A stretch of 64,000 nucleotides of DNA. It comes from Burkholderiales bacterium (GTDB lineage: Bacteria > Pseudomonadota > Gammaproteobacteria > Burkholderiales > JABEVD01). The stretch is taken from positions 8,773 to 72,772 of the forward strand of contig JAIELG010000020.1 of assembly GCA_019753155.1 (NCBI GenBank). The letters run 5' to 3'. Of the stretch, positions 35,490 through 46,405 are shown in pieces. Below the pieces are notes generated by a model, which was given only the letters and a program-made list of their open reading frames with translations, had not been told where the DNA came from and searched no databases. Position numbers and translations under genes: made by a program. Position 1 is the first letter of the stretch, and every line of letters begins with the position of its first letter.

Positions 35490-37724
35490 ATGAAAATGAA
35501 ACTTAAAAGCAAGTTGAAACCCATCTGTGCGGCGATGCTCTGCCTCACGGCAGCAGGCAATGTCTTTGCGGATGGTTCCGTAGACACCGAATCGATATCG
35601 GTCATCGGCACGGGACAAACCAGGCAGGAGCAAAGCATCACCCGCCAGGACATGCAAAATGCGCTTCCCGGCACCAGCCCGCTCAAGGTGCTGTCCAAAT
35701 TGCCCGGCGTGCAGTTCACGTCTTCCGACCCATGGGGTTCCTACGAATGGGCGACCCGCTTCAATGTCCGCGGTTTCAACCAGAACCAGCTCGGCTTCAC
35801 CCTCGACGATATTCCCCTGGGCGACATGAGCTACGGCAACAATAACGGCCTGCATATCAGCCGTGCAATCGCATCCGAAAACATCAGGAACGCATCGATC
35901 GCGGAAGGCAGCGGCAATCTGAGCAAAGCATCCACCAACAATCTTGGCGGCACGGTGCAGTTCGTCTCCACGGATCCGCTTGATGCGTTCGGCGTGCAAG
36001 TCGGACAGACGCTGGGAAGCAGCAAGACCAGCAGGACTTTTGTTCGCCTCGATTCCGGGCGCTTTTCTTCTGGAACGAAAGCCTATATCAGCTTTTCCCG
36101 CAACAGGGCGGACAAGTGGAAGGGATGGGGGCCGCAGAACCAGGATCAGGTCAATGCAAAGCTCGTTCAGATTTCCGGCGAAAACCGCTTCACGGCATTC
36201 CTGAATACCTCCCGCCGCAATGAAACGGACTATGCCGATCTTTCCATCCAGAGCAAGAATCTCCTGGGATGGAACTGGGACAACTATGCGCCCAACTGGC
36301 AGGCCGCAGTCAACGCAGCCAACGGCATCTTCCTTCCCGGCGTTGCCGCAATCACCAATACCCCTGCATTCGGCCAATTGGATGCGGCGTATTACCTCGG
36401 GCGCGGATTGCGCAACGACGAACTGGGCGGACTTGCAGCCGACCTGAAGCTGACCGACTCCACCCGTGCAAAAGCCACCTACTACCATCACCATGATGTC
36501 GGTCAGGGCCACTGGTATACCCCCTACGTGCCTTCTTCCGCGACCGTGCCGATTTCGCTCAGGACCACGGAATACAGCATCAGCCGGGACGGCCTGGTGA
36601 CTTCGTTGACCTACCTCTACGACAACAACGAGATCGAGGGCGGCATATGGGTCGAGCGCAACGTTCATGACCTGACCCGCAATTACTACAACGTGGCGGG
36701 GCCTGCGGATACCGCTTTCTTCCTGAGCAACCCGGCCCTGACGCAATTCAAGCAGAACTTCGTCACGACCACCCGCGTGTTCCATCTTCAGGACACGATT
36801 TCCCTGATGGACGGCAACCTGAAGCTCAATGCCGGCCTGAAAAGCCCGAGGGTCAACATCGATGCGACCAGCCTGATCGGAACGCGCGCCGGAGGACAGC
36901 TCCAGGCCAAGGAAAATTTCCTGCCTTCCCTGGGGTTAAACTTCAAGTTCAACCCGTATGACGAAATGTTCGCATCCATTTCCCAGAACATGCGCGCCTT
37001 CCAGCCTGGTGTCGATGGTCCGTTCTCGACTACCCAGGCCGGCTTCAATGCGATTCAGGGAACCCTGCAACCCGAGAAATCGACCAACATGGAAATCGGC
37101 GTGCGTTCCAACAGGGAGAACCTGCAGGTATCGGCTTCGATTTATACCGTCGATTTCAAGAATCGTCTGCTCAGCATCGCACCGGGCGGGATCACGGGCA
37201 ATCCCAGTGTTTTCGCTAACGTGGGCAAGGTCCAGACCAACGGTTTCCAGGCTGATGCGCTCTGGTCGATCACGCGCAATTTCAAGTGGTTCAACGCCTT
37301 CTCGTACAACGATTCCAAGTACAAGGATAACTACGTGACGGGCGGCGCTGTCGTTGCAACATCAGGAAAAACAGTGGTGGATGCGCCGAAAATGATGTTC
37401 TCGTCTGAACTTTCCTACGAGCAGGACGGATATTTCGCTTCGATCGAGGGGAAATACACCGACAAGCGTTACTACACCTACCTGAACGACGGACAGGTGC
37501 CTGCCTATACCGTGTTCGATCTGACGGCAGGCTACAAGCAGAAGACCCTCGGTTTCATCGAGGACTTCAGGGCTCAGCTCAATGTCACCAACCTGCTGAA
37601 TACGAAATATTTCGGCACCATCGGTTCGAACGGCTTCACGGCTTCCGATCCGGCCGGCACCTTCATGACCTTGCAGACAGGCGCTCCGCAAATGACCTTC
37701 GTTACGGTCAGCGGCAGGTTCTGA
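35490..37724 (+). CDS. TonB-dependent outer membrane receptor
   Basis: 744 aa with signal peptide, plug domain (PGVQF..., RGF...), long beta-barrel and terminal Phe. Confidence 0.93.
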   Translation: MKMKLKSKLKPICAAMLCLTAAGNVFADGSVDTESISVIGTGQTRQEQSITRQDMQNALPGTSPLKVLSKLPGVQFTSSDPWGSYEWATRFNVRGFNQNQLGFTLDDIPLGDMSYGNNNGLHISRAIASENIRNASIAEGSGNLSKASTNNLGGTVQFVSTDPLDAFGVQVGQTLGSSKTSRTFVRLDSGRFSSGTKAYISFSRNRADKWKGWGPQNQDQVNAKLVQISGENRFTAFLNTSRRNETDYADLSIQSKNLLGWNWDNYAPNWQAAVNAANGIFLPGVAAITNTPAFGQLDAAYYLGRGLRNDELGGLAADLKLTDSTRAKATYYHHHDVGQGHWYTPYVPSSATVPISLRTTEYSISRDGLVTSLTYLYDNNEIEGGIWVERNVHDLTRNYYNVAGPADTAFFLSNPALTQFKQNFVTTTRVFHLQDTISLMDGNLKLNAGLKSPRVNIDATSLIGTRAGGQLQAKENFLPSLGLNFKFNPYDEMFASISQNMRAFQPGVDGPFSTTQAGFNAIQGTLQPEKSTNMEIGVRSNRENLQVSASIYTVDFKNRLLSIAPGGITGNPSVFANVGKVQTNGFQADALWSITRNFKWFNAFSYNDSKYKDNYVTGGAVVATSGKTVVDAPKMMFSSELSYEQDGYFASIEGKYTDKRYYTYLNDGQVPAYTVFDLTAGYKQKTLGFIEDFRAQLNVTNLLNTKYFGTIGSNGFTASDPAGTFMTLQTGAPQMTFVTVSGRF

Positions 37725-37736
37725 TCTCAAAATCAC

Positions 37737-37764
37737 GGCGCGGGGTTTCCCCGCGCCTTTTTTA
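37737..37764 (+). terminator. Strong intrinsic terminator after the receptor gene
   Basis: GGCGCGGGG-ttt-CCCCGCGCC (37737-37757) followed by TTTTTT. Confidence 0.85.
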
Positions 37765-37785
37765 TTTCATTACGGGATTCATACC

Positions 37786-38388
37786 ATGTCATTCACAATG
37801 GCTCACGACATCACGATGTATCTGATGACATTCGCAGTGCTGTTTGCGACTTACATCATCGTGGAGCGGGCGCTTTATTTCGGCGCCACATTGCGTGAAG
37901 GAAAGGCCGTCGATCATTATCTGCGCAACCACAGGAAGGACTCAGCCTTGCGTGCGGAACTCCTGAAGCAATTCGGATCGAGCCGCAGCCCTCAGGCACA
38001 GACGCTTTTCGAAGTTGCGGAAGCGGGCAATCTGCCGCACAACGAAATGGAATATTTCGTGCAATCGGTTTACATCGCAAAACAGGACATGCTCAACAAG
38101 CGCCTCTGGATTCTGGACACCATCGTCACGCTGTCCCCGCTGATGGGCCTGCTCGGCACCATACTCGGCATCATCGACGCATTTCACAGCCTCTCTTCAG
38201 GACAGGGCGCTGCGGACCCCGCCGGCGTCAGCCGCGGCATAGGCACTGCGCTTTTCGCAACCGGATTCGGCATTTTCATTGCGCTTTACAGCATGATGTT
38301 CTACAACTACTTCACCAACAAGGTGGAACAGGTCAACAACCAGATGAAGCTGATATCCCTTACTTTTCTCGCCAACAGCAAGCAATGA
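37786..38388 (+). CDS. exbB: MotA/TolQ/ExbB proton-channel family protein
   Basis: 200 aa. LSPLMGLLGTILGII and GIGTALFATGFGIFIA motifs. Confidence 0.9.
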   Translation: MSFTMAHDITMYLMTFAVLFATYIIVERALYFGATLREGKAVDHYLRNHRKDSALRAELLKQFGSSRSPQAQTLFEVAEAGNLPHNEMEYFVQSVYIAKQDMLNKRLWILDTIVTLSPLMGLLGTILGIIDAFHSLSSGQGAADPAGVSRGIGTALFATGFGIFIALYSMMFYNYFTNKVEQVNNQMKLISLTFLANSKQ

Positions 38389-40073
38389 ACCGTCTGCGCC
38401 CATCGATATTTCTTTTCCTCGCATGCCTGCCCGCGAGCGTCCATGCCGCCGCCACCCCGATCGAACATTTGATCGTCATCGTCGGCGAGAACCGGACCTT
38501 CGATAACCTGTTCGCAACCTATACGCCCAAGGGAGGCCAGCGCATTTCCAACCTGTTGTCCAAAGGCATCGTCAAACTGGACGGCAGCCCCGGAAAAAAT
38601 TTCGGACTCGCCGCCCAGCAGCAGGCCGTCGACAACGATCTATACAGCGTCGAACCCAATCGCGTCGGCCCCTACGCCACGCTTCCCCAGCCCTATACCA
38701 CGGGCGCTTTCGGCCAGGCGCTGTATTCGCCCGATCCGAGATTTCCACAGGATCTGCCGAACGGTCCTTTCCAGATCACGAAATACGTCTATTACGGCGC
38801 CCATACCGGAGACCCGGCCCACCGCTTTTTCCAGATGTGGCAGCAGGTCGACGGCGGAAAAATGGATCTCTTCACCTGGGTGGGGACGAGCATAGGCTTC
38901 GGCTCATCCAACGGCCCGCATTCGGGTTCCCCCGGAATGACCGCCCAGGGCGGGGTGTCCATGGGTTTTTACAACATGGCCATGGGAGATGCGCCCATAC
39001 TGCGCAATCTTGCCGAGCATTATGCGATCGGCGACAATTACCATCAGCCCATCATGGGCGGGACAGGGCCCAATTATTTCGCGCTCGCCACAGGGGATGT
39101 CGCCTATTACAGCCGCGAAGGCAAGCCTGAACGCCCTCCCGAGAAGCAGGTCGAGAATCCCGATCCCAGGCCGGGCACGAACAACTGGTACAGGAACGAC
39201 GGCTATGCAGGCGGAAGCTATGTCGATTGTTCCGACGAGAATCAGCCCGGGGTCGCCGGCATCGCCGATTACCTGAAGAAGCTTCCCTACAAGGCATTCA
39301 ACGGCGGCAATTGCGCGCCCAATACCTACTATCTCGTCAATAATTACGAACCGGGGTATTCCGCTTCCGGGGAGCCTGCCGCGCTCGGCCCCGATCATTT
39401 CACCGTCCCGCCCCTTGCCGTCCCGAATATAGGCGAGGCGCTTTCCGCAGGAAAAGTAAGTTGGAAATGGTATGCCGGGGGGCGTGGGGACGGCAAGAGC
39501 ACGGTCAACAAGGAATACTGCACCATATGCGACCCCTTCACCTTCTCGAGCCGCGTCATGACGACGCAGCTCAGGGACAATTTGCAGGATCTGAGCCGGT
39601 TCTACAGCGATGTCGGAAAAGACCTTCCCGCAGTATCCTTCATCAGCCCCTATGACAGCATATCGGGGCATCCCGGCTATGCCATGGAGCCCGGATTCGA
39701 TCAGTTCGTCGAGGACATCATCGAGAAAGTCCGGCAGAACAGGAAGCTCTGGGAAAAAACCGCTATACTGATCACCTACGACGAAGGGGGTGGATACTAT
39801 GATTCGGGCTATATCCAGACCCTGGACTTTTTCGGGGATGGAACGCGCATTCCGGTCATCGCGGTGTCTCCCTATGCGAAAAAGGGTTTCGTCGACCATA
39901 CTTACTACGACCATGTTTCAATTCTCAAATTCATCGAAAAAAACTGGGGATTGCCGCCCCTGTCTTCGCGCAGCCGGGACAATCTGCCAAACCCGGTGCA
40001 AAAGGATTCTTATATCCCGCTCAACCGCCCCGCGATAGGCGATTTGATGAATCTGTTCGAATTTGGAAAGTGA
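38385..40073 (+). CDS. Secreted phosphoesterase family protein (PLC/AcpA superfamily)
   Basis: ATGA overlap with exbB. Signal peptide. IEHLIVIVGENRTFDNLF N-terminal motif of the phosphoesterase (PF04185-type) family. Confidence 0.8.
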   Translation: MNRLRPSIFLFLACLPASVHAAATPIEHLIVIVGENRTFDNLFATYTPKGGQRISNLLSKGIVKLDGSPGKNFGLAAQQQAVDNDLYSVEPNRVGPYATLPQPYTTGAFGQALYSPDPRFPQDLPNGPFQITKYVYYGAHTGDPAHRFFQMWQQVDGGKMDLFTWVGTSIGFGSSNGPHSGSPGMTAQGGVSMGFYNMAMGDAPILRNLAEHYAIGDNYHQPIMGGTGPNYFALATGDVAYYSREGKPERPPEKQVENPDPRPGTNNWYRNDGYAGGSYVDCSDENQPGVAGIADYLKKLPYKAFNGGNCAPNTYYLVNNYEPGYSASGEPAALGPDHFTVPPLAVPNIGEALSAGKVSWKWYAGGRGDGKSTVNKEYCTICDPFTFSSRVMTTQLRDNLQDLSRFYSDVGKDLPAVSFISPYDSISGHPGYAMEPGFDQFVEDIIEKVRQNRKLWEKTAILITYDEGGGYYDSGYIQTLDFFGDGTRIPVIAVSPYAKKGFVDHTYYDHVSILKFIEKNWGLPPLSSRSRDNLPNPVQKDSYIPLNRPAIGDLMNLFEFGK

Positions 40074-40080
40074 TTTGACG

Positions 40081-41541
40081 ATGATGAAGAAAATCGCCCT
40101 TGCCCTCGCGCTTTCATGCCTCGATGGCGCGGCATTCGCCGCCGGAACCCCGATCAGGCATGTGGTCGTGATCTTTCAGGAAAACGTCTCCTTCGACCAT
40201 TATTTTGCGACTTACCCCAAGGCCTTGAACGAAGCCGGCGATCCGCCTTTTCATGCGAAGGCGAACACTCCTTCCGTCAACGGGCTGAACGATGCTCTGC
40301 TCGGGCACAATCCCAATTCGGCCAACCCGCACCGCTTCGAGCGGCGCGAAGCGATGACCTGCGACATGGAGCATGAATATACCGCAGAGCAGCTCGCTTT
40401 CGATGCCGGACTCATGGACAGGTTCGTCGAATATACGGCAGCAGCCTCGAAAGCATGCGATCCGAAACAGGTGATGGGCTATTTCGACGGCAATACCGTG
40501 ACCGCGTTGTGGAACTATGCCCAGCATTTTGCCATGAGCGACAATTTTTTCGGGACCACTTTCGGGCCTTCCACGCCGGGGGCGCTCAACCTGATTTCCG
40601 GACAGACCCATGGCGCGACGCCATCCGATTTGCCCGAGGCCACGAAGGCAGGATCGGTCTACGGGGATCCGGACCCTGCTTATGACGACTGCTCCAAAGG
40701 CGAAAAGATTTCGATGTCCGGAATGAACGTCGGCGACCTGCTCAACTCGAAGCATCTCACCTGGGGCTGGTTCGAAGGGGGGTTCCGCCCCACCGGATAT
40801 GACGGGAGCGTTGCGCTTTGCGGCGCGACAAGCCGCAATATCGCAGGAGAAGTCATCCCCGATTACAGCCCGCATCACGAACCCTTTCAGTATTATGCCT
40901 CGACCTCCAATCCGCACCATCTCCCTCCTTCCGGGATGGATAACATCGGCCATACGGACAGGGCGAACCACCAGTACGACCTGAAGGATTTCTGGGTCGC
41001 CGCAGAGTCGGGGCATCTTCCCGCAGTCAGCTTCCTCAAGGCGAGGATGGCCCAGGACGGGCATGCAGGCTATTCCGACCCGCTGGATGAGCAGGAGTTC
41101 ATCGTGGCAACGCTCAACCGCCTGCAGAAACTGAAGGAATGGAAAAACACCGCCGTGTTCATCACTTACGACGATTCGGACGGCTGGTACGACCATGTGA
41201 TGGGGCCGATCGTGAGCCAGTCGGACTCCAGCATCGATGCGCTGACCGGCAACGGGCATTGCGGCAAGACCGGGGACGGCGCTTATGCCGGTCGCTGCGG
41301 GTACGGACCGCGCCTGCCTCTGTTCGCGATTTCCCCGTGGGCGAAATCCAATTATGTGAGCCATTCCATTGCCGACCAATCCTCCATACTGCGCTTCATC
41401 GAAGACAACTGGAATCTGGGAAGGATAGGGGACCAGTCCTTCGATACGCAGGCAGGCGCGCTGGACGACCTGTTCGATTTCAGCCGTCCCCGCAGTACCA
41501 CCCTCATTCTGGATACTTTCAGCGGCCTTCCCAAAAAATGA
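40081..41541 (+). CDS. Acid phosphatase AcpA-like phosphoesterase
   Basis: MMKKIALALALS signal peptide. IRHVVVIFQENVSFDHYFATYP. The C-terminal YDDSDGWYDHV and FAISPWAK motifs are typical of AcpA/PLC enzymes. Confidence 0.82.
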   Translation: MMKKIALALALSCLDGAAFAAGTPIRHVVVIFQENVSFDHYFATYPKALNEAGDPPFHAKANTPSVNGLNDALLGHNPNSANPHRFERREAMTCDMEHEYTAEQLAFDAGLMDRFVEYTAAASKACDPKQVMGYFDGNTVTALWNYAQHFAMSDNFFGTTFGPSTPGALNLISGQTHGATPSDLPEATKAGSVYGDPDPAYDDCSKGEKISMSGMNVGDLLNSKHLTWGWFEGGFRPTGYDGSVALCGATSRNIAGEVIPDYSPHHEPFQYYASTSNPHHLPPSGMDNIGHTDRANHQYDLKDFWVAAESGHLPAVSFLKARMAQDGHAGYSDPLDEQEFIVATLNRLQKLKEWKNTAVFITYDDSDGWYDHVMGPIVSQSDSSIDALTGNGHCGKTGDGAYAGRCGYGPRLPLFAISPWAKSNYVSHSIADQSSILRFIEDNWNLGRIGDQSFDTQAGALDDLFDFSRPRSTTLILDTFSGLPKK

Positions 41542-41616
41542 TCGGGAAACGGCGGGTCATAGCGCTTTCATAAAACTGCGCTAGAATAGGCCCTTGTTTC
41601 GAAGAGAGGGATCAGG

Positions 41617-44172
41617 ATGAAGGAAGGCGCCCGGTTTTTTATGGAGATCAACCCGCAGATCCCGCAGAGGCTCGCCCGCCTCGTCGAGATATCCGACAAT
41701 CTCTGGTATAGCTGGGACAAGCCGACCAGAACGCTTTTCGCGCGCATGAATCCCAAGCTCTGGGATGCGGTGGGGCACAATCCGAAAGTATTCCTGAGGC
41801 GTCTGGACGAGAGCACCCTTATCGATGCGGCGGACGATCAGGTCTATCTTTCGGCTTACCATCGCGTACTCTCCTCCTTCGACACTTATCACGGAGACCC
41901 CCTTAATCGTAACGGGGGAGCCGGGCTGGATAAGGACGATCTCGTCGCCTATTTCTGCGCAGAATTCGGTTTTCATGAAAGTTTCCCGATTTATTCGGGC
42001 GGACTCGGTATCCTGGCCGGGGACCATTGCAAGGCTGCAAGCGATATGAGGCTGCCTTTCGTCGGGGTGGGTTTTCTTTATCGGCGCGGTTATTTTTCCC
42101 AGGAGATCGATGCCGAAGGCAATCAGATCGTCAAGCACAACGAATCCGATGCGGCCGATCTTCCGGTGAGTCCCGCGCTGGACGAAGCCGGGCGCGAAAT
42201 TGTCGTGAGCATCGATTTTCCTGGAAGGGAAGTATTCGCCAAGATCTGGACAGCGAGGGTCGGCACGATCATGCTTTATCTGCTCGACACCGATCTGCCG
42301 GGAAATCCGGATGCGGATCGACGCATATCCCACGAGCTTTACGGCGGCGACAGCACCAACCGCATCCAGCAGGAAATCATCCTCGGCGTGGGCGGCGTCA
42401 GGGCGCTCGAAGCCGTCGGCCTGAAGCCCACGGTATGGCACATCAACGAGGGGCATGCCGCATTCCTGCTCCTCGAGCGGATCAGGAAAATGGTCGAGCA
42501 GGGACTCGATTTTCCGACCGCGCTGGAAGCTGTCGCATCCAACACCGTATTTACGACTCATACCCCGGTTCCGGCAGGGCACGATCATTTCAACGAGGAA
42601 ATGGTGGCGGAATATTTCCATCACTGCTGCACGCTCGTGGGCATGCCGAAAGAAGCCATGCTTTCCCTGGGCTACGACCCGGACAATCCCAGCGAATTCA
42701 ACATGACGGCGCTTGCAGTGCGCGCTTCGCGCTTCCAGAATGGCGTGAGCCGCATCCATGGCGAAGTTTCCTCGCGCATATGCTCGAAGTTTTGGCCGGA
42801 AATTCTGCCCGAAGAAAATCCGATGACTTACATCACGAATGGGGTGCATGTTCCGACTTTTCTCGCAGAAGAATGGGTGGATCTTTTCGACAAGTTCCTG
42901 GGCGGCGAGTGGCGCAACCATATTTCGGACGAGCGCTTCTGGAAGAATATCGACGACATTCCCGACCATCTCTACTGGAGCGTGCGCCAGTCGCTCAAGG
43001 CGCAGATGCTCTACGGACTGCGTTCCGTCATCAGTAGTCGGCATTTGCGCAACAGCGGCAGCGAGGCGCATCTCGACCGCATCCTGAAATATCTGGACAG
43101 TTACGATCCCAATGTATTGACTATAGGCTTTGCGAGGCGCTTTGCGACTTACAAGCGGGCGACGCTGCTGTTCGACAACATCGACTGGCTGAAAGAGATA
43201 CTCTCCGACCCGGAACGCCCCGTCATTTTCATTTTCGCAGGCAAGGCGCATCCTGCAGACCAGCCGGGGCAGGATCTCATCCGGCAGATCAACGGGCTTT
43301 CGCAGATGCCCGAGTTCGAAGGGAAAATCCTGCTCGTCGAAGGCTACGACATGGGTCTCTCCCGCCGCCTCGTTTCCGGCGTCGATGTCTGGCTCAATAC
43401 GCCGCTCTATCCGCTGGAAGCGAGCGGCACTTCCGGGATGAAGGCGAGCATCAACGGCGCGATCAATCTGAGCGTTCTGGACGGCTGGTGGGGCGAGGGA
43501 TATAACGACACCAACGGCTGGGCGGTGAAGCCCTCTCCCGAACATCTGGATATTTTCAGGAGAAATCGCGAGGAGAGCCGAACCCTGTATGAAATCCTCC
43601 AGGACAAGGTCATTCCGGTTTACTACAATCGCGGAAAATACGGTTATCCGGAGGAATGGGTCAAAAAATCGAAGCGGGCCATGGCTTCCGTCCTGCCGCG
43701 CTTCAATGCGGGCAGGATGGTGGGGGAATATGTCTCGAAATGCTACCTGTCCGCGAGCAGCCAGGGGAAAGTCTATTCCGAAGACAATTATGCTGCGGCC
43801 AGGGCGGTTTCGGCGTGGAAGGCGAAAGTGAAAAAAGCCTGGCCCCTCATTACGATCAGGCGGGTGGATGAAGCGCGAAAAAGTCTGCGCTTTGGGGAAG
43901 ACCTGCACTTCGAGGTGGCGCTCTATCTCGACGGCCTCGACGAGCATGACGTTATCGTCGAGTTGCTCTACAACAGGTCATACATACATGACACCAAGAA
44001 GTTTCAGAAGAGCGGCAAGTTCGTGTTCGACAGGATGGCAGGGCGGGAGCATATTTTCGTGCTGGGTATCAAGCCTGAAATTTGCGGACTCATCGATTAC
44101 CAGATTCGCGTCCATCCCTATCATGCGCACCTTACCCACCCATTGGAATGCGGACTCATGACATGGCTTTGA
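41617..44172 (+). CDS. glgP: Alpha-glucan phosphorylase (GT35, alpha-glucan family)
   Basis: 851 aa. [23 protein letters not shown], and [11 protein letters not shown] (PLP lysine region). Confidence 0.92.
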   Translation: MKEGARFFMEINPQIPQRLARLVEISDNLWYSWDKPTRTLFARMNPKLWDAVGHNPKVFLRRLDESTLIDAADDQVYLSAYHRVLSSFDTYHGDPLNRNGGAGLDKDDLVAYFCAEFGFHESFPIYSGGLGILAGDHCKAASDMRLPFVGVGFLYRRGYFSQEIDAEGNQIVKHNESDAADLPVSPALDEAGREIVVSIDFPGREVFAKIWTARVGTIMLYLLDTDLPGNPDADRRISHELYGGDSTNRIQQEIILGVGGVRALEAVGLKPTVWHINEGHAAFLLLERIRKMVEQGLDFPTALEAVASNTVFTTHTPVPAGHDHFNEEMVAEYFHHCCTLVGMPKEAMLSLGYDPDNPSEFNMTALAVRASRFQNGVSRIHGEVSSRICSKFWPEILPEENPMTYITNGVHVPTFLAEEWVDLFDKFLGGEWRNHISDERFWKNIDDIPDHLYWSVRQSLKAQMLYGLRSVISSRHLRNSGSEAHLDRILKYLDSYDPNVLTIGFARRFATYKRATLLFDNIDWLKEILSDPERPVIFIFAGKAHPADQPGQDLIRQINGLSQMPEFEGKILLVEGYDMGLSRRLVSGVDVWLNTPLYPLEASGTSGMKASINGAINLSVLDGWWGEGYNDTNGWAVKPSPEHLDIFRRNREESRTLYEILQDKVIPVYYNRGKYGYPEEWVKKSKRAMASVLPRFNAGRMVGEYVSKCYLSASSQGKVYSEDNYAAARAVSAWKAKVKKAWPLITIRRVDEARKSLRFGEDLHFEVALYLDGLDEHDVIVELLYNRSYIHDTKKFQKSGKFVFDRMAGREHIFVLGIKPEICGLIDYQIRVHPYHAHLTHPLECGLMTWL

Positions 44173-44373
44173 CAGGCTGCTGCAAAACGATCGCGCTTGC
44201 CGCGTTAAAAAATGGCCAGAAATGTGGGGCTGCGAAGCGGCAAACTGCATGTGAACTCTGCTTTTTCGTCATTTTGTGCCTTGTTCCGTCTGCGCTCACA
44301 AGCTTTTTCGACAGCCTGCCAAGGCGCTATACTTCGAACAGGGTTCTTGCCGGGAACGGAGCCGCATCGCTCC

Positions 44374-44610
44374 ATGCATGAATTATCCCTTGCCGAGAGC
44401 GTGTTGCAGATCGTCGAGGAACATGTGCAGGAGTGCCGATGCGTGAAGGCGATTCATCTCGAAATCGGGGAACATGCGGGCGTGGACAGGGATGCGCTGA
44501 AATTCTGCCTTGAACTCGTCTGCGCGAACAGCATAGCGGAGGGCGCAGCCATCGAAATAGCGGAGGTTGCGGGAATGGCGATGCGCGTGGTGGCGCTGGA
44601 GGTGATCTAG
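44374..44610 (+). CDS. hypA: Hydrogenase nickel-incorporation protein HypA, short form lacking the zinc-ribbon domain
   Basis: MHELSLAESVLQIVEE... is the HypA N-terminus. The protein stops after 78 aa with no CxxC pairs, and hypB starts at the next nucleotide. Confidence 0.8.
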   Translation: MHELSLAESVLQIVEEHVQECRCVKAIHLEIGEHAGVDRDALKFCLELVCANSIAEGAAIEIAEVAGMAMRVVALEVI

Positions 44611-45333
44611 ATGTGTGCGGTTTGCGGCTGCGGGGAAAAGAAAAGCTATCTCGGGAAGTTCGGCCATGCTCCGGGCATGAACGCTTCGCGCATGATACGC
44701 ATCGAGCGGGACATACTCGGCAGGAACGATGCCCGTGCGAGAGAAAACCGCAGCCATCTCGATGAGCGCGGCATATTCGCGCTGAATCTGGTTTCGAGTC
44801 CGGGTTCGGGGAAGACAAGCCTGCTCGTCAGAACCATAGAGGCGCTGAAAGAGCGGGTTCCCATCGCGGTGATAGAAGGCGATCAGCAGACATCGAACGA
44901 TGCGGAGCGCATCAGGAAAACCGGGATTCAGGCGATCCAGATCAATACGGGAAAGGGATGTCACCTGGACGCGCATATGGTCGGGGATGCATTGAAGAAG
45001 CTGGATCTCATGGACAGGAGCCTGCTCCTGATCGAAAATGTGGGCAATCTCGTCTGCCCCGCATCCTTCGATCTCGGGGAGCATCGCAAGGTTGTCGTCC
45101 TCTCCGTCACCGAAGGCGAGGACAAGCCGCTCAAGTATCCCGACATGTTCATGGCCTCCAGCCTCATGCTGCTCAACAAGACGGATCTGTTGCCGTATCT
45201 CGAATTCGATACCGGGCAGTGCATCGCCAACGCGCTCGAAATCAATCCGGATATGGGCGTGATACGGACTTCCGCAAAAAACTGCGACGGGCTTTCAGAA
45301 TGGGTGTCCTGGATAGCGGAGAAGCTTGCATGA
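44611..45333 (+). CDS. hypB: Hydrogenase maturation GTPase HypB
   Basis: MCAVCGCG N-terminal nickel site, GSGKT P-loop, [10 protein letters not shown]. Confidence 0.95.
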   Translation: MCAVCGCGEKKSYLGKFGHAPGMNASRMIRIERDILGRNDARARENRSHLDERGIFALNLVSSPGSGKTSLLVRTIEALKERVPIAVIEGDQQTSNDAERIRKTGIQAIQINTGKGCHLDAHMVGDALKKLDLMDRSLLLIENVGNLVCPASFDLGEHRKVVVLSVTEGEDKPLKYPDMFMASSLMLLNKTDLLPYLEFDTGQCIANALEINPDMGVIRTSAKNCDGLSEWVSWIAEKLA

Positions 45334-46403
45334 CGCCGATAGCGCTGAAATCTCCCGGCGCGCAGGTGCTCGCCTGCGGCGCGTGGCTCAAGAACACGGT
45401 GTGCCTGACGAAGGGGGATGAGGCTTTTCTTTCCGGCAATATCGGCGATCTCGACAGCAGGGAAAGCTGCTCGGCTTTCGAGGAGAACATCAGCGACATG
45501 ATGTCGGCGCTCGATATCGAGCCCGGGGCGGTTGCCTGCGACATGCATCCGGACTTCCACAGCAGCCGTTTTGCGAGCCGGTTTGCAGTCGAGAAGGGCG
45601 TCCCGCTTTTTCGCGTCCAGCATCATCATGCCCATATCGCGGCGATTCAGGCCGAACACGGAATGGAGCAGGTTCTCGGGCTTGCCCTGGATGGGGTGGG
45701 ATACGGACTGGACGGCGGAATATGGGGGGGCGAGCTCCTGATGGTCCGCGGCCCGGACATGGAAAGGCTGGGCCATCTTCGCGAATTGCCGCTTCCTGGG
45801 GGGGACAGGGCCGCGAGGGCGCCGTGGCGCATCGCAGCCGGGGTGCTTCATCTTCTGGGCAGGCATGACGAGATCGCGGCGCGCTTCGATGAGCCGGGCG
45901 CAAGCATGGTTGCGCAGATGCTGCAAAGGGGGTGCCCCATGACGAGCAGCGCAGGCCGCTGGTTCGATGCGGCATCCGCCTTGCTGGGGGTCAATCTCAA
46001 TGCAAGCTTCGAAGCTCAGGCCGCGATGGAACTCGAAGCGCTTGCCCGCGCTCATGGGGAAGTCGAGCCCATGATTGACGGTTATATTATCGAAGAGGGT
46101 GTGCTGAACTTCCTGCCGCTGATGGTTCGTCTTGCCGACATCCGGGACGCCGCATATGGGGCAGCCCTCTTCCATGCCACGTTTTCCAGGGGACTCGCGG
46201 ATTGGGTCATCCAGGCTTCAAGTGAAACGGGATTGACCGCCATTGCGCTGGGAGGGGGATGTTTCCAGAATACAGTCATGCGCACCCTGCTCGTAAAACA
46301 CCTCCACGGATTCGAGGTGTCGATCCCGAACCGGGCGCCCTGCAACGACGGGGGAATCAGCCTCGGCCAGGCGCAGGTCGCTCGCGCATTGCTGGGGAGC
46401 TGA
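45330..46403 (+). CDS. hypF: HypF-like carbamoyltransferase, Kae1-like C-terminal domain only
   Basis: ATGA overlap with hypB. The 357 aa align by eye only to the C-terminal half of HypF ([13 protein letters not shown]..., HHHAH, GGCFQN). No acylphosphatase, zinc-finger or YrdC-like region. Confidence 0.8.
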   Translation: MTPIALKSPGAQVLACGAWLKNTVCLTKGDEAFLSGNIGDLDSRESCSAFEENISDMMSALDIEPGAVACDMHPDFHSSRFASRFAVEKGVPLFRVQHHHAHIAAIQAEHGMEQVLGLALDGVGYGLDGGIWGGELLMVRGPDMERLGHLRELPLPGGDRAARAPWRIAAGVLHLLGRHDEIAARFDEPGASMVAQMLQRGCPMTSSAGRWFDAASALLGVNLNASFEAQAAMELEALARAHGEVEPMIDGYIIEEGVLNFLPLMVRLADIRDAAYGAALFHATFSRGLADWVIQASSETGLTAIALGGGCFQNTVMRTLLVKHLHGFEVSIPNRAPCNDGGISLGQAQVARALLGS

Positions 46404-46405
46404 AC

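Noticed and set aside
44958-45329. 124-codon upstream extension of the hypF ORF that could have encoded missing N-terminal HypF domains
   Set aside because: It lies entirely inside hypB in a different frame and its translation has no acylphosphatase or CxxC zinc-finger features. The ATGA-coupled start at 45330 is far more plausible.
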